From the NCBI GenBank assembly GCA_964573185.1, contig CAZNIQ010000009.1, positions 5,640 to 24,632 on the forward strand: a stretch of 18,993 nt of DNA. Reading direction: 5' to 3'. This document shows, in pieces, positions 1 through 7,527 of the stretch. The notes beneath the pieces are model-generated. The model ran no database searches. It was not told the origin of the DNA and worked only from the letters and a program-made list of their open reading frames with translations. Every line of letters begins with the position of its first letter. Position 1 is the stretch's first letter. The stretch is from Candidatus Woesearchaeota archaeon (GTDB taxonomy: Archaea; Nanobdellota; Nanobdellia; Nanobdellales; CAZNIQ01). A program made the translations under genes and the position numbers.

Positions 1-954
1 AATTCCAAGAAACGTTAAAGCTAATAGAACTACATAGTTAGTTATACCACCTGTAAACCACAAAGTATGATATTTTATTAATGATCTTATAAAAGAACTT
101 CGCTTTTTAAATGTCCAAAAATAATTCCATAGAAAATTATGTATTAAAGATAGCTCTATCGCAATTGGAGATGCTAAATATAAAGGTATATTGTTTTTGA
201 CTAATAAATAAAGCAAGCCTTCATTAACAAGGATACCTAAGGTTCCAACAAGCATAAACTTAAGGATTCTATATTCTGAAAGTTTTAAAATCAAGATCGC
301 ATAATTTACTATTTCTTTAATATTTAATTTGGACTTCCCATATTTTCTTTCTTCAAAGGTAATAGGGATTTCTTTTACTTTCAAGTTAGGAAATCTAACG
401 AGTATTTCCAATAAGATCTTGTATCCAATAGCGTACCATTTTGTTTCATAAAATATTTTTTCCTTTTTAATGGCAAAAAAACCTGATAATGGATCTTTAA
501 CATTTAAATTAAATAAGAATTTGGCTAACCATGTTGCCAATTTTGAAATTAGAGATCTTTCTTTTTTCCATTTAGCTATTTCTCCACCTTCAATATATCT
601 AGATCCTATCACCAAATCATATCCTTCTAAAATCCCTTTTACTAATTTTGGAATGTCCTCTGGTTTATGCTGCCCATCTGCATCCATTACAACACATATT
701 TCCCCCTCAGAATTAAGTATTCCTTCTAGAATTGCTGCTGCTAACCCTAATTTTTTTGGTCTCCTTATTACCTTAACATTATACTTTTTTGCTAAACTTA
801 AAGCGATTTCCCATGTTCTATCCGAAGAGTTATCGTCAACAACTACTATTTCATAATTCCATTTATTTTTAATCATAATTTCATGTATTTTTGGAATTAA
901 CCACTGGATATTTTCCTTTTCATTATAAGTTGGTAGAATTACAGAAACTTTCAT
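1..954 (-). CDS. GT2 glycosyltransferase, dolichyl-phosphate mannose/hexose synthase (Dpm1)-like, with C-terminal GtrA-like membrane domain; 3' end runs off the window
   Basis: Missing from the ORF track because it is open at the window edge. Hand translation of the minus strand from the ATG at 952-954 gives MKVSVILPTYNEKENIQWLIPKIHEIM..YEIVVVDDNSSDRTWEIA..GEICVVMDADGQHKPEDIP..GSRYIEGG, a GT2 fold with a DAD (DXD) motif. It continues into hydrophobic LKFMLVGTLGILVNEGLLYLLV..HNFLWNYFWTFK (GtrA-like). The frame stays open for all 318 codons down to position 1. The start overlaps the upstream stop as ATGA (951-954). Confidence 0.85.
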   Translation of the reverse strand, partial: MKVSVILPTYNEKENIQWLIPKIHEIMIKNKWNYEIVVVDDNSSDRTWEIALSLAKKYNVKVIRRPKKLGLAAAILEGILNSEGEICVVMDADGQHKPEDIPKLVKGILEGYDLVIGSRYIEGGEIAKWKKERSLISKLATWLAKFLFNLNVKDPLSGFFAIKKEKIFYETKWYAIGYKILLEILVRFPNLKVKEIPITFEERKYGKSKLNIKEIVNYAILILKLSEYRILKFMLVGTLGILVNEGLLYLLVKNNIPLYLASPIAIELSLIHNFLWNYFWTFKKRSSFIRSLIKYHTLWFTGGITNYVVLLALTFLGI

Positions 955-1550
955 TGGTGATTGACAAATACACAATATCCGAAATTAGGATTTGCTTTAC
1001 AAATTAGTCTTATTAAAAGTACTTTTGGCAAGCCTAAATAAGGTATTCTAAATATAACTTTTCCTACTACTCTTTCTTGAGGAATTTTTCTTTCCCATGG
1101 CAATGGAAATGGAGAGTTATCTCCCTTAAAAGTATAATAACATTTTTCTTCTGTACAGGTGATATTTATGATTCTATGTACTATCGGTACTCCTAAAGGA
1201 GATACATATACTGCTACATCTCCAATACTATAATTTTTTGTTCCTTTCACTATTATAATGTCTCCAACGTTTATACCATTCGGAAAAGGAAATTTGTACC
1301 AGTCTTCTGGATTTTTAATAACACCATGTTGCACATACCAATCTAAATTGAAATGCTTATGTTCCATGCTATTCGTTAAGACAATAACAATAGGGTAAGG
1401 AGTTGCTAAAGCAAATTGCAATAAGGGATAAATAACAAAATTAAATAGTATGAAAATGAAAACTATAAATAGGATATCACTTAATAAATCTTTACCAAAA
1501 AATACATATTTGAAAAAATTAAGGATCTTTTTTAATCGTATTCTCTCCAT
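951..1550 (-). CDS. Signal peptidase I, archaeal/Sec11 (S26B) type
   Basis: N-terminal TM helix followed by LTNSMEH (Ser box), VGDIIIV, PIVHRII (His box) and KGDNS. The track start at 1562 is a GTG; the first ATG (MERIRLKK) is at 1550. Overlaps the tfs 3' end by 19 nt. Confidence 0.75.
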   Translation of the reverse strand: MERIRLKKILNFFKYVFFGKDLLSDILFIVFIFILFNFVIYPLLQFALATPYPIVIVLTNSMEHKHFNLDWYVQHGVIKNPEDWYKFPFPNGINVGDIIIVKGTKNYSIGDVAVYVSPLGVPIVHRIINITCTEEKCYYTFKGDNSPFPLPWERKIPQERVVGKVIFRIPYLGLPKVLLIRLICKANPNFGYCVFVNHQ

Positions 1551-1858
1551 ACAAATCCACACTTAGTACATTTATAAAATCTTGTTTCAGCTTCATCTCC
1601 TGCTCTGGTTTGTACAGTCCAGTAATAAGCTTCGTCATTTCCACATCTCGGACATATAACTCCTTTTACTTTTGGTAACATCTCTACTTTCTGTTCAACG
1701 ATTCCAAAAGCTCTTTCTTCTTTATTTTTGATAGTTTCAGTCAATTTACCACTAGTATTCGCTTCTTCTTTATAACCACACCTAGGACAAACATAATAAG
1801 TTTTATCTCCTTCCTTCTTTAATATCATTAGAGAACCACATTTGGGACAGAACTTCAT
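1532..1858 (-). CDS. tfs: Transcription elongation/cleavage factor TFS (RpoM/TFIIS-like)
   Basis: 108 aa with two C4 zinc ribbons (CPKCG..CPRCG and CPRCG..CTKCG). Carries the TFIIS-type acidic hairpin WTVQTRAGDEAET. ATGA overlap with the upstream gene at 1855-1858. Confidence 0.9.
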   Translation of the reverse strand: MKFCPKCGSLMILKKEGDKTYYVCPRCGYKEEANTSGKLTETIKNKEERAFGIVEQKVEMLPKVKGVICPRCGNDEAYYWTVQTRAGDEAETRFYKCTKCGFVWREYD

Positions 1859-2634
1859 GGGGTATATTTATTTTTCAAATACTTTATAAAACTTACAGGA
1901 AGTCCTACAAAGACCTTTAATAAGAGATCTAATGCACTGGTATAAATTGCTACAAACATTAAATATATGTAAATAAAATATCTCTGAATTAGAGCTTTTG
2001 TAAGATCTGATGTATTAACATTTTCTATAGGAGATTCTTTAATAGCTTTTAATAAAGCATAATATTCTTCTGGGGTAAGTTTTCCCATATCAACCATAGC
2101 TCTTAAAGCATCTTTAACACCCTGTATATAGATATCCTTAATCTGATGAGAAAAAGTATACATTAATTTCTTTAAAGGAATCTCAATTTGTTGTATTACA
2201 AAGTTATAAGCTAAATCTTTGTTTAAAATTAGTATAAGTATTGAAATTAATATTATTGTAAAGGTGGCAATAGAAATCTTTTTTCTTACATCTGAAAATG
2301 TATCCCAGAAATTTTTTCCTTGTATAAACATAAACGGAAACAAAAGGATATAGAGAAATAAAGATTGAAAAGTCCTGAAATAAAAAATAAGGAAAAAAGA
2401 TATTATTAGAAAAATTATTCTTGCTACTTTACTTAAGAACATTGATAGAATAATTATGACTAAAAATAGAAAATAGATTCTTAGAATAACAAAAATATTT
2501 GGATTAAAAAGAAAATGAATTGTAATTTCATTTACTGATTGGAACAAGAGGAAAAGAAGGGGAAGAATGATTATTAATAGAAAATCTGACGAGGACCACT
2601 TCTTCATTATATCAGTAGCGGTAGAACTCTTCAT
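1855..2634 (-). CDS. Polytopic membrane protein, unknown function
   Basis: 259-aa ORF with several long hydrophobic stretches (LLIIILPLLFLLF, FLFLVIIILSMFL, IIFLIISFFLIFYF, FTIILISILILIL, IYIYLMFVAIY). First gene of a four-gene unit linked by ATGA or short overlaps. Alternative start at M10 (2607). No family recognised. Confidence 0.6.
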   Translation of the reverse strand: MKSSTATDIMKKWSSSDFLLIIILPLLFLLFQSVNEITIHFLFNPNIFVILRIYFLFLVIIILSMFLSKVARIIFLIISFFLIFYFRTFQSLFLYILLFPFMFIQGKNFWDTFSDVRKKISIATFTIILISILILILNKDLAYNFVIQQIEIPLKKLMYTFSHQIKDIYIQGVKDALRAMVDMGKLTPEEYYALLKAIKESPIENVNTSDLTKALIQRYFIYIYLMFVAIYTSALDLLLKVFVGLPVSFIKYLKNKYTP

Positions 2635-2663
2635 CTTTTAAGAATTTACCTCAAACTTTTTAA

Positions 2664-3704
2664 ATGAAGCTTATGTTCCTATTTTCAGGGGAAAACCCTT
2701 TAATGGCAAAAGCCGAATTAGAGAGCGTTTTAATAGGGGAAAGAATTAACTTTCACAATTTATATTTCTCTGAAGAAGATAGAATTGGTATATATAAAAT
2801 AGAGGGCAATGATTTGGAAAGAATTTTTTCAAGATTGATTTTAACGCATAAAGTTTATTCTTATATTTTCTTCTCCGATCACAAAAATTTCTACGATTCC
2901 GCTAAAAGAATTAGTTGGAATTTATATATAGAGCCCCCTTATTACGTAAGAGTTATTAGAATTCCTTCTGGAAATAAAGCTTTACAAGGAATAAGAGAAA
3001 AATTTGCAGATATAATATGGTATTCTTTAAAAAATCCAAAAGTAGATGTAAGAAACCCTAAAACTATTATTGACGTAATAGTAACTCCAAAAAAAGTATT
3101 TGTAGGTAGATTATTTTTAGATGTAAAAGCTTTGAGAAAAGATCTTAAAAATAGAAATCCGGAGAAAAGACCAATTTTTCATCCTGCTGCTTTAAGACCA
3201 AAGGAAGCAAGATTATTGATTAACTTTGCAAGAGTAAAACCCGGGGACTTGATTTTGGATCCTTTTTGTGGAGTAGGATCTATTTTGATTGAAGCTTGTT
3301 TGATGGGTATAAGATCAATAGGAATTGATATAAATGAAGATTTTGTTGAAGGTGCTAAAATAAATTTAGAACATTATTGTAAAAATAAAAATTGGGAGGT
3401 ATATGTTGGAGATGCTACGAAATTGACTAAATATATTAAGGAAAAAGTGGATGCGATAGTAACTGATCCTCCTTATGGAAGATCTTCTAAAGGGACAAAG
3501 GATTTAGAAACATTGTATAAAGAATTTTTGGACGAAGCTTATCACGTTTTAAAAGATAATAAATTTATTTCGATGTTTGTACCACATTATCTTAAAGAGT
3601 ACTTTGAAAAAATAGCTTCTGAAAAATATAAAATAATTTATCATTTTCCAATTTATGTGCATAAAAGTTTGACGAGGGTGTTATACGTTTTACAGAAAAC
3701 TTAA
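2664..3704 (+). CDS. trm11: tRNA (guanine-N2)-methyltransferase, Trm11/Trm-G10 family (THUMP + class I SAM methyltransferase)
   Basis: N-terminus MKLMFLFSGENPLMAKAELESVL is typical of the COG1041/Trm11 family. SAM motif I is LDPFCGVGSILIEA and motif IV is VTDPPYG. Confidence 0.8.
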   Translation: MKLMFLFSGENPLMAKAELESVLIGERINFHNLYFSEEDRIGIYKIEGNDLERIFSRLILTHKVYSYIFFSDHKNFYDSAKRISWNLYIEPPYYVRVIRIPSGNKALQGIREKFADIIWYSLKNPKVDVRNPKTIIDVIVTPKKVFVGRLFLDVKALRKDLKNRNPEKRPIFHPAALRPKEARLLINFARVKPGDLILDPFCGVGSILIEACLMGIRSIGIDINEDFVEGAKINLEHYCKNKNWEVYVGDATKLTKYIKEKVDAIVTDPPYGRSSKGTKDLETLYKEFLDEAYHVLKDNKFISMFVPHYLKEYFEKIASEKYKIIYHFPIYVHKSLTRVLYVLQKT

Positions 3705-3730
3705 AAATAAAGTTTGGACGGAAATCTAAA

Positions 3731-3985
3731 ATGAAGCCTAAGAGAAATGAAAGGTATTATCTTGTAGAGAAGGATGATAAACTGTACCTTTATGATTCTG
3801 AGTTTAATGAGCTAATAGAGTTAGATGAACTGTTAATGCTTGTTTGGTTACTTTCTGATGGATTGAAAACTAAAGAAGAGATTGCAAAAATATTAAAAGA
3901 AGAATTTGAGATCGAAAATTCTGAAGAAATCGTTAAAGAAGCTTTAGAAATTCTAAGAGAGAATAATTTGATAATTTTTAATTAA
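3731..3985 (+). CDS. Small PqqD-family / RiPP-recognition-element (RRE)-like protein
   Basis: 84 aa. YYLVEKDDKLYLYDSEFNELIELDELLMLVWLLSDGLKTKEEIAKILKEEFEIENSEEIVKEALEILRENNLI follows the PqqD-family pattern: beta strands, then L-N/D-x-x-a-x-x-i-W-x-l-l-d-G-x-x-T-x-e-E-I, then acidic helices and a terminal hydrophobic L-I. Lies 26 nt downstream of trm11. Confidence 0.5.
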   Translation: MKPKRNERYYLVEKDDKLYLYDSEFNELIELDELLMLVWLLSDGLKTKEEIAKILKEEFEIENSEEIVKEALEILRENNLIIFN

Positions 3986-4850
3986 CACCATACTTCTTTT
4001 TGAAAAACTCCTTAATATTTTGAACATCTCTTTTGTATAATTCTTCTGCCCCCTCAAAATCTTTTGGAACAGCTTGTGGCCAATCTATAACATAGAAAGT
4101 ACCATCCTGCTTTACCAATATGTTATCAGGTGCTAGATCTCCATGAACAATTCCTTCCTTTTCAACTATCTGATTATAAGTTTCTAAAATGTCGTTTAAC
4201 CATTCTTTCGGATTTTCCAATTTTACCTGTCTTAAGTCTTTTGCAGGGATTCCCGGATAGTCATAAATCATTTTCATAACAACTACATGCCTATTCCAAG
4301 ATATGGGCTCTGGAACAGGATACCTATCAGATAATCTCTGTAAAACATAATGTTCTATCTGAGCTTTAGCCCTAGGGATATCAATTTTATATTCCTCAAT
4401 CTTTAACTCTTTAATTCTCCATTTAATTGCAATATAGGCTAAAGATTTCTTTATTTTTGTAAATTCATGCCCATAGTACCTGTGAAACTTTATAATAACC
4501 CATTCATCATCAGGTGTCAATGCAGAATAAATTAAAGCTTCTTTACCTTCCCCAATCATTGTGCCTAGCTGTTTTATAACATCATTTCTCTTTAAATCCC
4601 AAAGAGCTATTAAATCCAAGCCTTTTTGAGTTATTTTAAATGTCCACTCCTTTAGAACAGGATTATAGCTCATCTGTATAGCTTTCGCTTTATTTAGTTC
4701 CCTAAGCCTTTTCTTTATTTCACTTTCAGGATATGTTATTCTTTCTTTTAATTTGGAATATGGAATCCACTCAAAAGCGTATCTTAAACCTGCAAGTATT
4801 CTAAGTATTGCAGCATGTATTTTATCCATTCCGAGTTCGGGATCATACAT
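3978..4850 (-). CDS. rio2: RIO-type Ser/Thr protein kinase, Rio2 subtype (N-terminal winged helix + RIO domain)
   Basis: Winged-helix part ends in KITQKGLDLIALWDL. The P-loop-like segment is IGEGKEALIY, followed by IIKFHRY. The catalytic/metal loop is IVHGDLAPDNILV..FYVIDWPQAV. Confidence 0.85.
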   Translation of the reverse strand: MYDPELGMDKIHAAILRILAGLRYAFEWIPYSKLKERITYPESEIKKRLRELNKAKAIQMSYNPVLKEWTFKITQKGLDLIALWDLKRNDVIKQLGTMIGEGKEALIYSALTPDDEWVIIKFHRYYGHEFTKIKKSLAYIAIKWRIKELKIEEYKIDIPRAKAQIEHYVLQRLSDRYPVPEPISWNRHVVVMKMIYDYPGIPAKDLRQVKLENPKEWLNDILETYNQIVEKEGIVHGDLAPDNILVKQDGTFYVIDWPQAVPKDFEGAEELYKRDVQNIKEFFKKKYGVN

Positions 4851-4865
4851 TCAAAAAATTAAAAA

Positions 4866-5942
4866 TTAAGTCTTTTTAAGGAGTTGTTCTAAATAAACTT
4901 GCCTTTCGTAAAGCTTCTTAATCATAGATTCTAGCTGATAAATCTTCCAAGTAATATCCTTTACATCCGGCATGTTCTTTATTTTCTCTTCCAAAATCTT
5001 TATTCTTTCAAAAGCTTCAGCAACCTCATCCGCATTTAATATCTTTAATCTCATTTCTAATGCTTTTATTTTTTCCTTTAATTCTTCATTCTCCTTAGAT
5101 AATGCATAAACAATATCATATAAATCTTTTATCTCCTTAACTAACCCATCCTCTTTCAATTTCTTAATTTCTTTTTTAATCTCATCTATTTTTTTGTATA
5201 TTTCATTTTTTATCTCCCTATGTCCTTCTCTTAAAGAATCTATTAGAGTTTCAAGAATATTCAATCTTCTTTCGATATCTAGGAACCTTTCTTCAAAATC
5301 TCTTATCCTTTGATTTACAATCTCTAAATCTTTATTCTCCTCTTTTATTATAATTTTCTCTTCTCTCTTTTCGTTTAATTTTCTCTCAAGTTTTTTAACA
5401 TAGTTCTCAAACTTTTGAACATATTTTTCCAGATCTTTTACCTCTGATTTCAGTTCTTCTACTTCTCCATATAATTTTGATAGTTCAATTCCAACTTCTT
5501 TTAACTCTTTCAAATGTTCTATTTCTCTTTTTAAATTTTTTAGCTTATACAGCTCTTCTTTAATTTTATCTATTTCACTAACTTTTTCTATATTATCTTT
5601 CAATAATGTTATTTCTGATTTTAAATTATCGATTTCATCTAAGATTTTTACATAATCTTCTGTTGTTAGAACACTAGAATATTTTTCTTTTAATTGCCTT
5701 AATAATTCAGCATTTCTTTCTAAAATATAATTATGTTCTTTCTCAAGATTTTCAATTATTTTATTAAAATCTTTAAGCTCTTCTTTTAATTTTTTAATTT
5801 CTCCTTGTATTTCTTTTATTTTCTCATTGAATTCTTCTTTTGTTACAGCTTCTAATTTAAATTTGAGATTTAATTCATTAAGCTTAGATTTTAATTTTTG
5901 CTGTGCTTTTATTAAATCTTCAATTAGAGGTACAACATCCAT
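4866..5942 (-). CDS. Long K/E/L-rich coiled-coil protein, unknown function
   Basis: 358 aa, almost entirely heptad-like K/E/L/I sequence with no TM segment. Lies 15 nt upstream of rio2 and 1 nt downstream of the small coiled-coil ORF, on the same strand. Confidence 0.65.
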   Translation of the reverse strand: MDVVPLIEDLIKAQQKLKSKLNELNLKFKLEAVTKEEFNEKIKEIQGEIKKLKEELKDFNKIIENLEKEHNYILERNAELLRQLKEKYSSVLTTEDYVKILDEIDNLKSEITLLKDNIEKVSEIDKIKEELYKLKNLKREIEHLKELKEVGIELSKLYGEVEELKSEVKDLEKYVQKFENYVKKLERKLNEKREEKIIIKEENKDLEIVNQRIRDFEERFLDIERRLNILETLIDSLREGHREIKNEIYKKIDEIKKEIKKLKEDGLVKEIKDLYDIVYALSKENEELKEKIKALEMRLKILNADEVAEAFERIKILEEKIKNMPDVKDITWKIYQLESMIKKLYERQVYLEQLLKKT

Positions 5943-5943
5943 T

Positions 5944-6219
5944 TTATTTTATTTTTCTCTCAAGAAATAAAACTTTTCTTTCCAACAGATCGATTTTTTT
6001 ATAAAGGTTCTCAATAGTTAGTAATAAATCACTAATAGTTTTTTCCATATAAGTTAATCTCTCATTTATTTTTTCCACTTCATTATAACTAAAGTTTTTA
6101 TTTGATATTTTTCTTTTTCCATTTTTCACTTTCTTTAACTTTTCAAGTTCTTTTTTGTACATATCTCTTTCAGCTTTAAGCTTAAGAATAAAATTCTCAA
6201 GTTTTTCTAATATATCCAT
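5944..6219 (-). CDS. Small coiled-coil (helical hairpin) protein, unknown function
   Basis: The track ORF runs to 6336, but that start would overlap the archaellin ATG (CATG at 6334-6337) and leave no room for a promoter. M40 (MDILEKLENFILKLKAERD..) at 6219 leaves a 115-bp AT-rich divergent promoter region. Confidence 0.5.
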   Translation of the reverse strand: MDILEKLENFILKLKAERDMYKKELEKLKKVKNGKRKISNKNFSYNEVEKINERLTYMEKTISDLLLTIENLYKKIDLLERKVLFLERKIK

Positions 6220-6334
6220 AATCTTTCTACTTCTTCTCCATTTATTTTCCTTTTTTAATCTATATTGTTTAACAATAAGTTTAACGTTGATGCTTTGTAA
6301 ACCTATTTTAAGAAGCTCAAAAAGAAAGATATAC

Positions 6335-6907
6335 ATGAGGAGAGGACAGTTAGGTATTGGTGCGCTAGTATTATTTATAGCTTTTGTTTTAACGGCAGCA
6401 ATAGCAGCTTTCTTAATAACACAAACAACAGTATCTACACAGCAGAAAGCAGCTGCAGTAGCAGATCAAGCAAGAGAAAGAGCAGGTACGACATTTGAGA
6501 TAGTTAGAGTAGAAGGTATTACTAATGCTAATCAAACTGAAATAGAGAAATATATTGTATATGTAAGATTGGCACCAGGTTCTTCTCCAATAAATCTAAA
6601 CCATACAACTTTGCTATACTATACTAGGGATGGAAGGGAAGCTTTTACATATGGTGGGAATGTAACAGATGAGACAAACTTAACGAAAGTAGATCACAAG
6701 TTCTATATTTTAACAGCATATACAGCAGGTACTCCTGACAATATATTTGAAGCGGGAGAGTTCTATGCGTTAGGAATAAGAGTAAACAGAACAATAAAGC
6801 CTTCTGAATGGTGGAGAATAGTATTAGTGCCTAAAGAAGGAATGCCAGCAGAGGTTTATGGAATAGCACCTGATGTATTTACAAGCCAGGTTGTTATCTT
6901 AAGATGA
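6335..6907 (+). CDS. arlB: Archaellin (archaeal flagellin) paralog 1, 190 aa
   Basis: Class III signal peptide and N-terminal helix MRRGQLGIGALVLFIAFVLTAAIAAFLI. Then QQKAAAVADQARERAG..FEIVRVEG, VRLAPGSSPINL, and C-terminal VLVPKEGMPAEVYGIAPDVF..VVIL. Several N-x-S/T sequons. The track ORF start at 6155 is an antisense-derived extension and was rejected. Confidence 0.85.
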   Translation: MRRGQLGIGALVLFIAFVLTAAIAAFLITQTTVSTQQKAAAVADQARERAGTTFEIVRVEGITNANQTEIEKYIVYVRLAPGSSPINLNHTTLLYYTRDGREAFTYGGNVTDETNLTKVDHKFYILTAYTAGTPDNIFEAGEFYALGIRVNRTIKPSEWWRIVLVPKEGMPAEVYGIAPDVFTSQVVILR

Positions 6908-7527
6908 GGGGCTGGTTCTCCTCTATTTTTTTCTATGCATTATTTTTAACTCTAGGTTTATTCATACTTTTCTTTTTAACAGGTTATGGAGGAAGGTTTA
7001 TGGCTAAGTCTATTTTACAATATGATCAAATGCAAAAAGAGAAAAAAATACCTATGTTTAGGCTTGCAGATGTTCATATAGAGGCTTTAACAAATTATGG
7101 AGAATTGAACTTTACATTGATAAATATGGGAGACTCTATAAAAATAGAAAATTGGATGCTAGAGATACAAAAAATAGATGGTAAACTACTGTGTAGATAC
7201 ATCCTACCTCCAATCGTGACCTCTGAAGGAGGTTCTATTGAAAATATCACTTTTAATGTTTATGTAGTTAATAGAAATCTTTCTTATGAAAATATTGTTT
7301 ACTATGCGGTGCTTGGAGCTGAACAAAATGAGACATATGCTTTAGCACCAGGAGACGTAGCATTTGTAAATATAGTAATGACAGATAATTGCCCAGCCAA
7401 AATATATGATGTTGGATTAAATGTAGAAAAGATTATTGTAAGGCTCCTTATTCCCCCTTCCGGATACTCCGTTATTTTAAGGTGTAAATACGATTTATCT
7501 GAAGGAGAAGTGATATGCACGGAATAA
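6904..7527 (+). CDS. N-terminally membrane-anchored protein with predicted beta-sandwich ectodomain; possible ArlF/ArlG-like or pilin-like accessory protein
   Basis: Starts MRG followed by a 24-residue hydrophobic stretch (WFSSIFFYALFLTLGLFILFFLTG). The rest is beta-rich with an LNFTLINMGDSIKIENW-type strand motif. ATGA overlap with arlB1 and a 13-nt overlap with the next gene. The functional call is weak. Confidence 0.5.
   Translation: MRGWFSSIFFYALFLTLGLFILFFLTGYGGRFMAKSILQYDQMQKEKKIPMFRLADVHIEALTNYGELNFTLINMGDSIKIENWMLEIQKIDGKLLCRYILPPIVTSEGGSIENITFNVYVVNRNLSYENIVYYAVLGAEQNETYALAPGDVAFVNIVMTDNCPAKIYDVGLNVEKIIVRLLIPPSGYSVILRCKYDLSEGEVICTE

Noticed and set aside
470-856. 128-aa plus-strand ORF from the track
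   Set aside because: It lies wholly antisense to the clearly homologous GT2 glycosyltransferase frame (1-954, minus strand). Its sequence is low-complexity, Ser/Pro/Ile-rich, and shows no motifs. It is a shadow ORF.
3705-4000. Possibility that the PqqD-like ORF marks a RiPP or PQQ biosynthetic cluster
   Set aside because: No radical-SAM/SPASM enzyme, protease, cyclase or short precursor ORF is adjacent. The neighbours are a tRNA methyltransferase and Rio2 kinase.
4495-4545. Other ATGATGA (C-box-like) occurrences: minus strand near 4500, plus strand near 9556, minus strand near 8765 and 16920
   Set aside because: None is followed by a D'/C'/D box series at about 12-nt guide spacing, and all lie deep inside conserved coding frames. 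They are explained by Asp/Met/Glu codons.
6155-6334. 60-codon N-terminal extension of archaellin 1 in the track ORF (start at 6155)
   Set aside because: The extension is antisense to the small coiled-coil gene and has junk-like composition. Archaellins begin with a short basic class III signal peptide, which is exactly what follows M61 (MRRGQLGIG..) at 6335. A TATA-like box sits about 30 nt upstream of 6335.
6220-6336. Longer 130-aa version of the small coiled-coil ORF starting at 6336
   Set aside because: Its start would overlap the arlB1 ATG head-to-head (CATG at 6334-6337), leaving no promoter space for either gene. The added 39 residues are not coiled-coil-like. The internal M at 6219 is preferred, though this is unproven.
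7302-7520. 72-aa minus-strand ORF
   Set aside because: Antisense shadow inside the 207-aa gene, with no start context or motifs.
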